From: Octopus vulgaris
Taxonomy: Eukaryota
Direction: 5' to 3'
Assembly: GCA_951406725.2 (NCBI GenBank)
Contig: OX597815.1
Coordinates: 194,804,001-194,868,000, forward strand
DNA: 64,000 nucleotides
Below are positions 38,256 to 51,212 of this stretch, piece by piece (the first letter of the stretch is position 1; the number at the start of each line of letters is the position of its first letter). Below the pieces are notes generated by a model, which searched no databases, was not told the origin of the DNA, and was given only the letters and a program-made list of their open reading frames with translations. A program made the translations under genes and the position numbers.

Positions 38256-38642
38256 TGGAAGCACACGTCGGTTACGACGACGAGGGTTCCGGTTGATCCG
38301 AATCAACGGAACAGCCTGCTCGTGAAATTAACGTGTAAGTGGCTCCACAGACACGTGTACAGACACGTGTACCCTTAACGTAGTTCTCGGGAATATTCAG
38401 CGTGACACAGAGAGTGACGAGGCCGGCCCTTTGAAATACAGGTACAACAGAAACAGGATGTAAGAGTGAGAGAAAGTTGTGGTGAAAGAGTACAGGAGGG
38501 ATCACCACCATCCCCTGCCGGAGCCTCGTGGAGCTTTAGGTGTCTTCGCTCAATAAACACTCACAACACCCGGTCTGGGAATCGAAACCGCAATCCTATG
38601 ACCGCGAGTCCGCTGCCCTAACCACTAGGCCATTGCGCCTCC
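38256..38642 (-). mobile_element. SINE family C (tail 3)
   Basis: Near-identical to 20643-21023. Confidence 0.92.
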
Positions 38643-39910
38643 ACATACAATATCAGGCATGTACTGTGTCGATAGTTCAAATTTATTTCACCATCAATTT
38701 TCTGCTTTCTGCCCAAATCGGTAGCAAATCAGTTTCCATCGCGTATACCCAATCAGTACTAGTGAAACTGTGAATCTCGGGATGAAAATTGTGTTTTTGA
38801 GAGATTCAAGACATTACCCACAAAATAGTATGATTGCATCAATTAATCTGAATAGTAATAATCCCATTGTTTTTGTGTTTCTATAATAATATATTTGGAG
38901 CATTAGGGTAAGGGACATGTTCTCGGAAAGTAATTATTTCAAGAGTTGCAATGTTATATGGGCCGTGGCTATATTACTAATGATTCCGTAAAGAGAGTCA
39001 ATATCAAAAACTTAATAGTTCTTCAAAACAATCTTGTACTTGTATTTCTTTTTATCATTTCTTGAGACAGAAAAGGAAAACCAATAATGGGCCGGTAGTT
39101 CTTGGGTTTCATTATTCCACAGGTACAAAAATGGGATCCCACGTTAAGTTCTTATTTACACTTTGCTATTTCTGGTTAGATTAAGTTCACAGGGGAGTCG
39201 AATAAAACAGTCTTGTCTATTCGTGTCAACTCACGCTCTTCGAGAAATCGTCTGCTGGTATCACCACTATATTTGACATCGGCTCTTTACAGTCAGGCTT
39301 CAAATTCCACTGAGGTCGGCTTCTCCTTCTATCCTTTCCAAATCACTAAAATAAGTAGCACTTGAAGAATAATGGAATCGATGTAATCAGCCTCTTGACA
39401 CCTTTAAAAAATTGCCAGCCTTTTGCCAAAATTTGAAACGAAGACTAAAATATTTAAGTTGTTACTTTGCTAACTGTGTACGGGTAGATTTTCTTTGTTG
39501 CGGTTTTCTTTGAAAACTATTATTTACAATCTTTCAAAGGTATTGAGACAGTGCTGTTAACAATGGTGGGTTTCGTCATAATTAGGAAAACATGACGAAA
39601 AGTTGAACGAGGTGTACGAATAACAATGGTAGAGTTAACAATATATGCATATATCTGATTTACCAATGTTCTTACGTACGTGAGGAATCCTTCAGAAGAT
39701 ATAAGATGGGCATTTTATTGTGAAATAATTTTTGAATATATATAATTTACAAGCAGATGGCTAAATGCAGATATAGTCTCTTTTTCGCCCTCAAAATCGC
39801 TGACCCACACAATCATGCAATGACAAGCATTCTTCCAATGTGTATCTGAAAGACAGACACATATGCATACACAATTACATACATGTGATATATATGTATG
39901 TATGTACGAA

Positions 39911-40325
39911 AGGCGGCGAGCTGGCAGAAACGTTAGCGCGCCGGACGAAATGCGTTGCGGTATTTCGTCTGTCTTTCCGTTCTGAGTTCAAATTCCGCCG
40001 AGGTCGACTTTGATTTTCATCCTTTCGGGGTCGTTTAAATAAGTACCAGTTATGCACTGGGGGTCGATGTAATCGACTTAATCCGTTTGTCTGTCCTTAT
40101 TTGTCCCCTCTGTGTTTAACCCCTTGTGGGTAGTAAAGAAATAGCTATTTCGTCTGCCGCTACGTTCTGAGTTCAAATTCTGCCGAGGTCGACTTTGCCT
40201 TTCATTCTTTTCGGGGTCGATAAATTAAGTACCACCTACACAGTGAGGTCGATGTAATCGACTTAATCCCATTGTCTGTTCTTGTTTGTCCCCTCTATGC
40301 TTAGCCCCCTGTGGGCAATAAAAAA
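39911..40325 (+). mobile_element. SINE family A dimer
   Basis: Junction aagaaatagctatttcgtctg at about 40136. Confidence 0.92.
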
Positions 40326-40639
40326 ATATATGTATGTATATACTACATACATGTACACACGCACACTGACCCTGAATGACCTTCAAATTTCGCACCATTG
40401 CGCTTTTGTTTTTCTATTTTGAATCTCATAGAAAAAACAATACTTAGAATACAGTTTTCTGATGGGAGGAGCTAAATCATTGGTGCTAGCAAACACTACT
40501 AAAAATGGAAAGAAATTAGCGGGGCGAAGTTAACAAACGTGATGAGAGATATTAAAGATGATCGCTAAATGTGTGGGCGTGCGATGTATTTTCGGTTAAA
40601 AGCAATCACGAGTATTGAGATGCGTTCGTGATTATAATC

Positions 40640-41040
40640 AATAATTATTAATTAACGGATTGACCTCTTAGTAAATAACATTTAGTATTATGTGCGTTTC
40701 ATATAAAGTTAACGTTAGATGTCGGATTTTCGGAAAATATAGTGATTTTATTAATATAGATGTCAAGTGTCTATTTCAAATGTTTATTTATTGTGGGTGG
40801 AAATAATCTGTAATATAAATATTAAAATGACTGTGCGTTAATGATATTTATTAATTAACAAATTGCCCTCTTAGTAAATAGTGATTAGTTATATGTGCGT
40901 TTTATACAAAGTTAACGTTAGATGTCGGATCTTCGGAAAATATAATGAATTTGATAATATAGATGTAAAGTAATGTTTTTGAAATGCTTATTTATAGTGG
41001 GTGGAAATAATCATTAATATAAATAAAATGACCGTCTTTT
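40640..41040. repeat. Diverged ~200-bp tandem duplication
   Basis: cctcttagtaaata..aagttaacgttagatgtcggat..gtgggtggaaataatc occurs twice. Confidence 0.88.
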
Positions 41041-41242
41041 AATTGTAAAATATTAGCTACAACTACCATTGTGGTTGAAAGAACGTGTGATAGTATTTTA
41101 GTAGTTTGTGTACGGAGGTTTGCTATCTAGTTTGCGAATAGATTTTTGTGTAACATCTGAGCTGGATATAAGGTAAAATTTGGGTCTAAATTTTAAGTTT
41201 TAAATCTCCCATTAAAATAGTTAAATCATTAAAAATAATCTA

Positions 41243-41625
41243 GTAGCTTGTTTACTGACCACATGGTTCCGGGTTCAGTCCCACTGCGTGGCACCTTGGG
41301 CAAGTGTCTTCTACTATAGCCTCGGGCCAACCAATGCCTTGTGAGTGGATTTGGTCGACGGAAACTGAAAGAAGCCTGTTGTATATATACATATATATGT
41401 ATGTATGTGTTTGTGTGTCTGTGTTTGTCCCCCTAGCATTGCTTGACAACCGATGCTGGTGTGTTTATGTCCCCCGTTACTTAGCGGTTCGGCAAAAGAG
41501 ACCGATAGAATAAGTACTGGGCTTACAAAAGAATAAGTCCCGGGGTCGAGTTGCTCGATTAAAGGCGGTGCTCCAGCATGGCCGCAGTCAAATGACTGAA
41601 ACAGGTAAAAGAATAAAAGAAAAGA
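41243..41625 (+). mobile_element. SINE family B, head slightly truncated
   Basis: Matches 56863-57260. Confidence 0.92.
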
Positions 41626-41699
41626 ATATAGGGATTCTAGGGGGTATCGGAGCGTTTGAGAGACATTAGACCCCAACAAATACCCATAAATTAAATGCA

Positions 41700-42690
41700 T
41701 CTATCACTTACTTTTGTAGACTTTTCATTTTTCTCATCTCATTCGTATTCTCTCGTTTTTCACTCTGCTTTTCCTCTCCACTTGCCTTTCTTTTCTTCCT
41801 AGGACATTTTGGCGGTGAGTCTGTATTGCTCTTTTTCCTTTTTACCACTGTATATTGCTCTTCCATTTTCTCCTCTTCTACATTTGCACCCTCTTCTTCC
41901 TGATATTCTTTCTCTCTCTCCTCCCTCATCGTTTTTCTGGGGACACTTAGCTTTCATGTGTCCCCTTACTCCACATAGAAAATTTACAGGCGGTCTTCCT
42001 TTCACCACTATTCTTAACCTTGTTTCGTCTGGCAGTATCAGTTCTCCCGCAATCTTGTGGACTCTGGCAAACTTACATGGACAAATACCTCTAGTCCATA
42101 CCCCCACAAGTTCCCCTCTGTAGTTCTCGATATTTTCAATATTTCGGTGCCCTCTGTATTGAAGGGGATGGCTGCCACCAGCCACACCTCATCAATTTCT
42201 GGGGGCACTCTACCAATTCTTACTCTGGCTGCACGTTTGCCACAGTAAGTCGGTAGTAGTGCCCACTCCGCTGATCACAAAGGCACAGTGGAATATTTTC
42301 TCGCTTTTTCTTCACGCATGAAGCGTACCTCCACTGTGCCGTATTTCCTTTCTCTATTGTAATATGTCGTTACATCCTTCTCTTCTCTTAGGCACTCCTA
42401 GACCACCTCCGCCGCTACTATTGCCACTTCCTTGGGAGGCGTAAACCTCAATCTATCTCCTTCATTTCTCAGTAAATCATTATATTTCTTGAAGTTTTTC
42501 TCCTTCAATCTAATTTCTCTAACGTGCAGTACCTCTACTGACAGGCTTTTGCCAGTGACCGCAACATAACTGCCCGCTTGCACTGGTGTACCTTCCGTCA
42601 CAATATTGTTCACAACTTCACCCATAATTGGGGAAAAATTGAAAATAACAGATATATTCAACAATTTCAGGTAACAACGATCCAACAATT
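41700..42690 (-). pseudogene. Disrupted L1/Tx1-type ORF1 (gag-like, zinc knuckle)
   Basis: YGTVEVRF, RVRIGRVPPEI, RLRIVVKGRPPV(N)FLCGVRGHMKAKC (CX2CX4HX4C with the first Cys lost), charged tail; stops and a frameshift. Confidence 0.75.
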
Positions 42691-42914
42691 CAATAAATAG
42701 CTGTTAAACAATAACAGTACTCACATGCAACGTATACACTTCAAACTCAACTGACTCAAATACAACACTAACAACAACACCGTCGTCCTCTCAAGGATTA
42801 GCCGAAGATGATTTTTAGAATTAGAATATTAGAAATAAACTTCACTGCTTTCACAAACGAAAATACTAGAAATGAACCCGACCACTCTCAAAACTTAAGT
42901 AAAAAACAAAAAAA

Positions 42915-43110
42915 AAAGCAGGAAAAATAATCGAGAATCCTTGTCCGATACCGGATCGATCCCCAAATCTAATCAGTCACGAGGCCAAACATCCCTGAAA
43001 ATTTCATCCTATTCCACCATCCAACGTGTCTTGAGATATCTTGTACAGAAACAAACAAACAAACGCGACTGAAAACAATACCTCCGCTTTAGCGTAGGCG
43101 GAGGTAATAA
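42915..43110 (+). mobile_element. Non-autonomous Helentron/DINE-like 3' part
   Basis: gaaaatttcat..(acaa)n..gaaaacaatacctccgc-tttagcgtag-gcggaggtaataa: microsatellite followed by a terminal hairpin. Confidence 0.7.
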
Positions 43111-43481
43111 AACAATCACATGTGTATTCATTCGGAATACCTTCCGTCAAGTTCGACAGTGAATGTGATAATTGTTGTTATATTCCGTCTTCGGACAGCA
43201 ATTTCTTATTTTTTATTACTGTATCTCCTTCCATAAATACTCTGTCATTTACTCTTTTACCTCTCCCTCATCCTCCTCTATGATTCTTTCTCTCTCAGCA
43301 TATGCTTCTAGCGTTCTTTTACTTAACGCTTGCAACAAGACTAGCATGTGTACTCAGCCTGTATTGCTTATGCTAACTCCATTTGTATTACTCATTCACT
43401 CTATATCTCTCCCATTCACGAGGTAAAACATGACCGGAGAAGTCAACCGACCAATCAACACACCCACATTTTTATTCACTA

Positions 43482-44580
43482 TTAAGACATAGAGATGTTT
43501 CTTATTTCTTTACTGCCCACAAGGGGCTACACACAGAGGGAACAAACAAGGACAGACAAACGGATTAAGTCGATTATATCGATCCCCATTGCGTAACTGG
43601 TACTTACTTAATCGACCCCGAAATTTGAACTCAGAACGAAATATATATTTCTTTACTACCCACAAGGGGCTAAGCATAGAGGAGACAAACAAGGACAGAC
43701 AAAGAGATTAAGTCGATTACATCGACCCCAGTGCGTAACTGGTACTTAATTTATCGACCCCGAAAGGATGACAGGCAAAGTCAACCTCGGCGGAATGTGA
43801 ACTCAGAACGTAACGGCAGACGAAATATACCTAAGTATTTCGCCCGGCGTGCAATCGTTTCTGCCAGCACGCCACCTTAAGACATAGAGATGTTTCTATA
43901 AATGTATAATATACTTCTGTGTATTAATATACTTTTGTGCGTTAGCATATGTATATATATTTCTTTACTACCCACAAGGGGCTAAACATAGAGGGGACAA
44001 ACAAAGACAGACAAAGAGATTAAGTCGATTACATCGACCCCAGTGCGTAACTGGTACTTAATTTATCGACCCCGAAAGGATGACAGGCAAAGTCGACCTC
44101 GGTGGAATGTGAACTCAGAACGTAACGGCAGACGAAATATAGCGAACTATTTCGCCCACGTGCTATCGTTTCTGCCAGCTCGCCACCTTAAGACATAGAG
44201 ATGTTTCTATAAATGTATAATATACTTCTGTGTATTAATATACTTTTGTGCGTTAGCATATGTATATATATTTCTTTACTACCCACAAGGGGCTAAACAT
44301 AGAGGGGACAAACAAAGACAGACAAAGAGATTAAGTCGATTACATCGACCCCAGTGCGTAACTGGTACTTAATTTATCGACCCCGAAAGGATGACAGGCA
44401 AAGTCGACCTCGGTGGAATGTGAACTCAGAACGTAACGGCAGACGAAATATAGCGAACTATTTCGCCCACGTGCTATCGTTTCTGCCAGCTCGCCACCTT
44501 AAGACATAGAGATGTTTCTATAAATATATAATATACTTCTGTGTATTAATATACTTTTGTGTGTTAGCATATGTATATAT
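43482..44580 (-). mobile_element. SINE A dimer with a 21-bp TSD, followed by a 311-bp tandem triplication of SINE plus flank
   Basis: TSD ttaagacatagagatgtttct at 43482 and 43877; gacatagag repeated at 43881, 44192 and 44503. Confidence 0.93.
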
Positions 44581-45439
44581 GTAAATACTTTTCGCACCCC
44601 GTATACAGGGAGCGTTACAAATAATATTTACAAAATCCAACTATAGATTTTATTCCCGACTCTCTATATGTGAATGGTAAAGCTGAAAGCTAAACAAAAA
44701 GCAACAAAAAATAAAAGAAAATAAACAAGAAGATTAATACATTCATGTCGAAACTTGAATGGATTCGTATACGTGGTTCTGCTATTGCAGTCGTGACTGG
44801 TTGATGATCTTCTCACCGGTTTATCGAAGGACGAACGTCATAGATTTATTGTTGAGTGCATCTTCGATTAATATAGTGCAATATGACGTAGGCAATACCA
44901 ACAAAGAATAAATTGCTTATGAACATCATGTACCGAAGACAAACACGAGGGAAATAAATGTTATACAGCACAACCTACCATAAAACATTGATGCAAAAGC
45001 ACTGTTGCAAAGCATTTCCTCCACTTAATCGGAAAACATGTCCAGAACAGCCTTCTATTTCACGAGTAATGCGTTTCATACTATATTCAGGTGAACTGTT
45101 GCTGCATGAATACGTGGTAGCTGCACTCGATTCACAATACAAAGTACTGCAGCCAAAAGTATATATACTTGCTGTATATAAGAGCATTTTATAAACAACA
45201 CTGAAAGCGCCAAAAGTGTTGGAACTTTACAGATAAGAGAGTAAATTTTGAAAACAGTATGGCTGTGATTGGGTATTTATCCTTAGAAGACAAAAATAAA
45301 AATGGCCAGTAGGTGGTTCTGAGTAACCAAAACCCTTACCCCCCAGGTACAGATTGAGTGGTCGAACCCGTTAAGCTATGTGTACCCTGACAACAGTTAC
45401 CATCAATTTTAATGCTAAATAATAGCTTTTTCGAAAATA

Positions 45440-46040
45440 TTGGGTCATCTCACAAATAATGCGGTTTTTTTTTGTACTTCTTTTAGTTTTCAAAATTAAA
45501 ATAAAGAAAGTCCTTTTTTTATCTAAAATATAGTCTCCTCCATTTTCTACAATGCTCTTCCATCAATCTGGTAGAATTGCAAGGCCCCCTCTTCCCAAAT
45601 TCACTAGTTTGTGACGAAAAATACTCCTCCACTATAGTAATGATCTCGTCTGCAGAATTCGTATTTTTTCACCCCAAATGATTCTGAAGACTGGAGAATA
45701 AACGTCAATCAGATGGAGCAACGTCCGGCGAATTTGTTGCTCCAGCCTTTGGAATGTCACCCTCGTTATATGTGGCCGAGCATTATCTTGATGGAAGAAC
45801 ACCTTCCGTCTTGAAACCAAACATTGTCGTTGATGCTGAAGCTGCTGGCAGTAGATCTCCTTTGTCATCATTTGGCTCCAGTTTAAATGTTCAAATTGGA
45901 CCAACCTTTCATATCCCACCAAACAGGTAACAACTCCTTACGTGGGGGAACACCTTCTTTAGCTTGGGGTACCAGTGTTTCTCCTTTTCCTACCAACTGT
46001 CTTCGTCTATTGAGATTTTTATAGAGAAGCCAAGATCTGA
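45440..46040 (-). mobile_element. Mariner transposase relic (3' half) with terminal region
   Basis: VWWDMKG, YCQQL, FHQDNARPH; disrupted; end resembles a mariner TIR. Confidence 0.88.
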
Positions 46041-46178
46041 AATAATCCAATAATTTTTTTGCTAGTTTTATTTTGTCGCTTTGTCTTCTACCCTGGTGCT
46101 GTATGAACATTTAATGTGGTTTTAGAGTCAAGTTTTGGCTGTTATATCTAGCATGGTGGTATCTCGTAGATACCCTTA

Positions 46179-46209
<31 letters not shown>

Positions 46210-46415
46210 GGTCAGGACGCCATGATAGATCGTTAGTTCCTCCACGCATTTTTTTCTCTCCTTGTTTTTTTTTCTGTGTATCTTTCTGTCGAAGAGCGTA
46301 GGCTCGAAACGTAAAAGACTTGTTCTATTTCTATTCCCGAGCGCTATACTAATACATTTGTTTGTTTGTACTCCACCTGCCTTCGTCTTTTGTTTATTTT
46401 CGTAAACTTTCCCGT
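46210..46415 (+). mobile_element. Short (TA)n-flanked PLE-type element with hammerhead variant
   Basis: (TA)n on both sides; homologous to 57675-57845 and 57933-58112. Confidence 0.75.
46281..46318 (+). ncRNA. Minimal hammerhead-like motif, A6U core
   Basis: UCUUU-CUGUCGA-A-GAGC[GUAG]GCUC-GAA-ACGU-A-AAAGA. Confidence 0.7.
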
Positions 46416-47274
46416 TATATATATATATAATATATTCTAAATCTAAATATTTCATTTGAAATTTTATGCTAAGCTGCAGGTTTTTAAATAAAAAGTTTGT
46501 TGTTCTGTACTTTACCAGATGTAATAAGTTCAGCTGAACTTTTCCAAGTGTAATAACTAGTCCTGTAATTTTCCAGGTTTATAATCTAAAGAACATTATT
46601 GCTCTTGGTTGCATTTTCCCATGTAATATATATATATATATAATGTGTTGTGTTCATATTCAAATATTCTTTTCTTTTATGCGTTCCAATTCAAAAGCTG
46701 TGGTTATACTGGGACCACTCTCAATGTTATCTACTGTAAAGGTGGGAGTTCAATGTTACAGCCTGCTTTTGAGCATTTTGCCGTGATGAAAGTTCATCTG
46801 GGACCTTCGATAGCGGCAGGTAAATTTTTTCTTGAAAACATCTACTGATTTTCCATGTAGCTCTCTCAGTCAAGAGAAGAAGGGAGAATAAAAACAAGGA
46901 AATGTAAATGAAAATAAAGAGACCGAGAGAGAGAAATGAGAGGATAAGAGAGGCGAGAGGAAGAGAAAGGAAAATCAGAGAGAGAGAGAGAGGAAGAGAG
47001 AAAAGGTGAGAGGAAAATTACTGAAGGAACGTGAGAAATTAAGTGATCAGATAGAAAGCGACAATAAAGTGGAGATGAAAGAATCAGAGAAATAAATGAA
47101 GAGGTGTAAAAACAGATAAGATATAAATGAAGAGGTGAAAAATGAGGGGAAGACGAGGAGATAAGAACAAGTGAGAGGAGTTGAGTGACAAATCAATATA
47201 ACTTAAATATAAAGACACAACTCAGAGATAGAAGAAAACCTCAATCTAACACCAGACACATGATAATAATAATG

Positions 47275-47305
<31 letters not shown>

Positions 47306-47799
47306 AAAATATCAGCAGAGAATGAGATCTATAATCATTAACTTTTGATTCTCTTATCTTGATACTGACCAGATTAAAACGAAATAAAATGAAATTCTTC
47401 TCTTTTGACAGTGTTACTTACCAACACACATATGTGATTCGTTACAGAAAAATGTAAACAAATCTCGGATTCCAGAAATTCGCGTATTTAGTAAATGAGT
47501 AATCTAAAAAAACTTACACTGGCTTATACAAGTTGAAATTCTTACGACTGTAAGTTGTCAGAAAAATTAGTATAAAGTCGTATTTATTCAACCACGTGGT
47601 GACCCGATGTTGGACATTTTGACGTCGCAAAATTTCTTACGATTGCTTTAAAGTTGATCGAATAAAAATATTTTTAAGTATAATACACCGGTAGTAATAT
47701 ATTTAACCCAGAGACAACTTAAATTTCAATGCAATCGATCTAATCGATCTAATTGGAGTTTCACGGGGTTTTCTAGGAGATTAGCTTCACACTTCTTAA

Positions 47800-47985
47800 C
47801 AAGACGGAATCTTCTTATACCGATTACATAAACCCCAGTACTAAACTAGCACTTATTTCATCGAACCCGAAAGGATGAAAAGCAAGGTCGACCTCGGTGG
47901 AATTTGAATTCAGAACGTTAAACCAGAAGAAATTTCGCTAAGCATTTTGCTCGGTGTGCTAACGCTTCTGTCTGCTGCCTCTTCT
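47800..47985 (-). mobile_element. Older SINE family A copy
   Basis: cccgaaaggatgaaa..gtcgacctcggtggaatttgaa..gctaagcattt. Confidence 0.82.
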
Positions 47986-50128
47986 AGTAAGTGTTACCTT
48001 GTTATACGAGGCGCAATCTAATAGTATTCGAGTTTATACTTTTTCGTCTGGTCAAAATCCTTTGAGCGGGAGGTCACCCTTATGGCGCATGCACTAAAAT
48101 TTTCGCGCGAGTAAGCCGCATCAGTTCCTGGCTGTTACTCCTAGAGTAACGTAAATAGTACAAATGAGGGCTTAGAAAATAATAATGGAGAAGAATACCA
48201 AGTACAGAGAACAGAGTAAGATAATTAGGTAAAAAGTAGAGGAGGGTCTCTCGAAATCGATTAATACTTTCATAATTACATCTGAATTAAAAATTTAGGG
48301 TGGAAGATTTTGAGAACTAGCGATAGAGGTTAATCGGTTTGTATTGGCAGGCACGAATTAGATGGACGAACAGGATGATATAGGAATGAGCAAGCAGGGA
48401 CGTACTCATTTTGCCGTGATGAAAGTTCATCTGGCATCTTTGATCGCAGCAGCTTAATTTTTTTCTTGAAAACAACGACTGATTTTCCATGTAGCTCTCT
48501 CAGTCAAAAAAAGCGGAGAGAATAAAAACAGAGAAATGTAAATGAAGAGACCAAGAAAGAAAAATGAGGAAGAATGAGTAAGCAGAAATATTTAGTAGAT
48601 TGCAATATAAATACATTATAGTACCTGCAGATTAGACCGGTGGGAATTTTGTAATTTATAAAAATACCATTAAATGATATTTGGTAAAGAATCAGATTTA
48701 GGATATCACTTTAGGTTTAAAGGTAATATTGCTTATATTGATGTTTGTGAGACTATGAATAATTTAATGAGGAAATTAATGCTTATCATGGAAGCGTTGA
48801 GTAGGTTCAACTTAGAAGAGAAGGAATGCATTCCAAGATTTCCTTGTTGATTTCCTATAAGAAATTCCTATGACGTGTGCTAAAAAGTGAAGTGTAGCAA
48901 TAAGACGTTATGTATAATATTTAATAATGCACTAAACTTTAAGGTGGCCTTTTATGACTTATTGCAAAAAATTGTTTTTTATAATACGGGTGGCTGCACA
49001 CTTAGGAATATTTACATGTAAGATCTGAGTGATTATAGTTTGAACGATGCACGAACGTGATTTCTGTACACTAAACTAATTTTGATTTCAACATGTCCGA
49101 AGGTATATATAGATTTCATAATTTTAGCCGCAAAAATGGTTTACTTCTTTAAATAAGACTAGACTAAGAGTTTGTCTTATTGCCCATAACGCGTAATTTT
49201 TTCAAGAAATGAAGGATATTACGATGAGTGGAATTTGTAGCCCTTTATTATCTGATATATATCTCCATGGGAATTATGTTGTGCTTATGATTTATATGAC
49301 ATGCAAACAAAAAAAAATTGTCAAATAGCTTAGTGGTTGTTGCTGAAATATCGATCATAATTTTATTCCTAAATATATCTATTTTGAATATTTGCTTGAA
49401 AAAATTATCCAGAGGATTTCATATCGAATATAAATAGGAATTCGGTTGAAGAGGTTTCTGGTAAAAATCTTTTTACTGGTATTTATAATAAAATTGGTAA
49501 CTTTATTTTACGTATTGCTCATTTAGTAGAATTTATCTTAAAGTGAGGTGTACCTTGTTTCCCCACTCACGTTAATAATTGCATAATATAACATGTGAGG
49601 TGAGTGTATAAAAACAAAAACCAAAAAAAAACCGTTACATTAGTAAAATGTTCGGTGTTTTTCATTGTTGCATTGGTTAAACAGATAAAAAATTTTGAGA
49701 AACCTGACAGTAATTTCTTGTTCATTACTTAGTTTAGGATTGTCGATTGATTAGTTAAATGTAACTGTTTGAATGGTTAATTGTCACCGATTCACAGTTC
49801 GTGGGTAGGCTGTCATGAACTGTGTACAATACTAATTGAAAATATTTCTTTGATGAATGTTTTCTTTGTATTATATTCGATTTTCTATGGTATATGTCTT
49901 ACAGCATGGTTTTGGACGGGTCCTTCATTGACTGAGTTGCGAAATGGTGGTTCATCTTTAAATTAGTAATATACATATATTATATATTACAAAATTCGGT
50001 GTAATATTATTATACTGAATTTTACCAGTACGGCTGGAATAATAATTTATTCCCTAATATTATATATATATATATATATATATCATGCAAAGTGAAGTTG
50101 TAAGGTACCACACGAGTGGAAATATATA

Positions 50129-50240
50129 TGAAAGAAGGTTTGAAAAGGCAATTTTAAAGATGTTTATACACTTCTTCGGTCTGGCGCCAGATTCAAGAAG
50201 TGAATAAACATCTTTAAAGTTGCATTTTCAAACCTTCTTT

Positions 50241-50242
<2 letters not shown>
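50129..50242. repeat. 114-bp loopless palindrome (57-bp arms, 6 mismatches)
   Basis: tgaaagaaggtttgaaaa..tctggc|gccaga..ttttcaaaccttctttca. Confidence 0.95.
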
Positions 50243-50293
<51 letters not shown>

Positions 50294-50417
50294 TTATCAA
50301 GCTTCTGTGTTTCTAGTACGTACTTCGCCTTTAATCTACTTATATATGAATAATATATGGCCGGTGCTAGAAACACCAGCGAAAATAATTAATTTTATTT
50401 TATCGCATTTTGAATTT

Positions 50418-50465
<48 letters not shown>

Positions 50466-50869
50466 CTTTTTGCCCATCCCGCTTCGGTCCCTCTCTTTTT
50501 TTATCCGTATTATGCCTCGTGAATTTAATCAATTTAAGCTCGAAGTGGTTGCGAATTAAAACATTGGTTGCATCTAGGTGTAGTATTTTATGCTATAATA
50601 CACTATAAATTATGTTTTAATCCCTATGCTCCAAGGGAAAAAAAAGCGCTTCCTATATTCGAGATTTTGATCTGGTAATTATATATGTTTTCACTCCAAT
50701 GAAATAATTAAATTGCTTTAATTATATCTGTAGACCTTGTAGGGAGTCAGATTGGTTCAATATTGTTAAAACTCAGCTGAACCATGTTCCTTGCTGTGAT
50801 AAGAAGAGGAATTAACTTTGAACGGAAGACATCAAATGTAACGAATATAATTTCTATGGAGGTGGCATT

Positions 50870-50905
50870 ATGGTAAGAATTTCGTAGACGGAAACTTAAA
50901 GAACC

Positions 50906-50995
<90 letters not shown>

Positions 50996-51212
50996 CACGT
51001 GTGTGTGAGAGAGAGACAAACGTCTTTGTGTTTGTTCGCCATCGCCGCTTGACAGTCGTTATGTTGTGTTTACATCCCCGTAACGTAGCGGTTCGGTGAA
51101 AGAAACGATTGAATAAATACCAGGCCTTAAAAAAGTTAATATGTAACGGGGTTCACTCGTTTGACCGGATTTTATTTTCTGTTGAGTGAAACAAGTAAAA
51201 ACTAAAAGAGAG
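50870..51212 (+). mobile_element. Decayed SINE family B with (CT)n(CA)n internal tract
   Basis: gtagacggaaact..gtgtttacatccccgtaacgtagcggttcgg..gaaacaagtaaaa. Confidence 0.7.
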
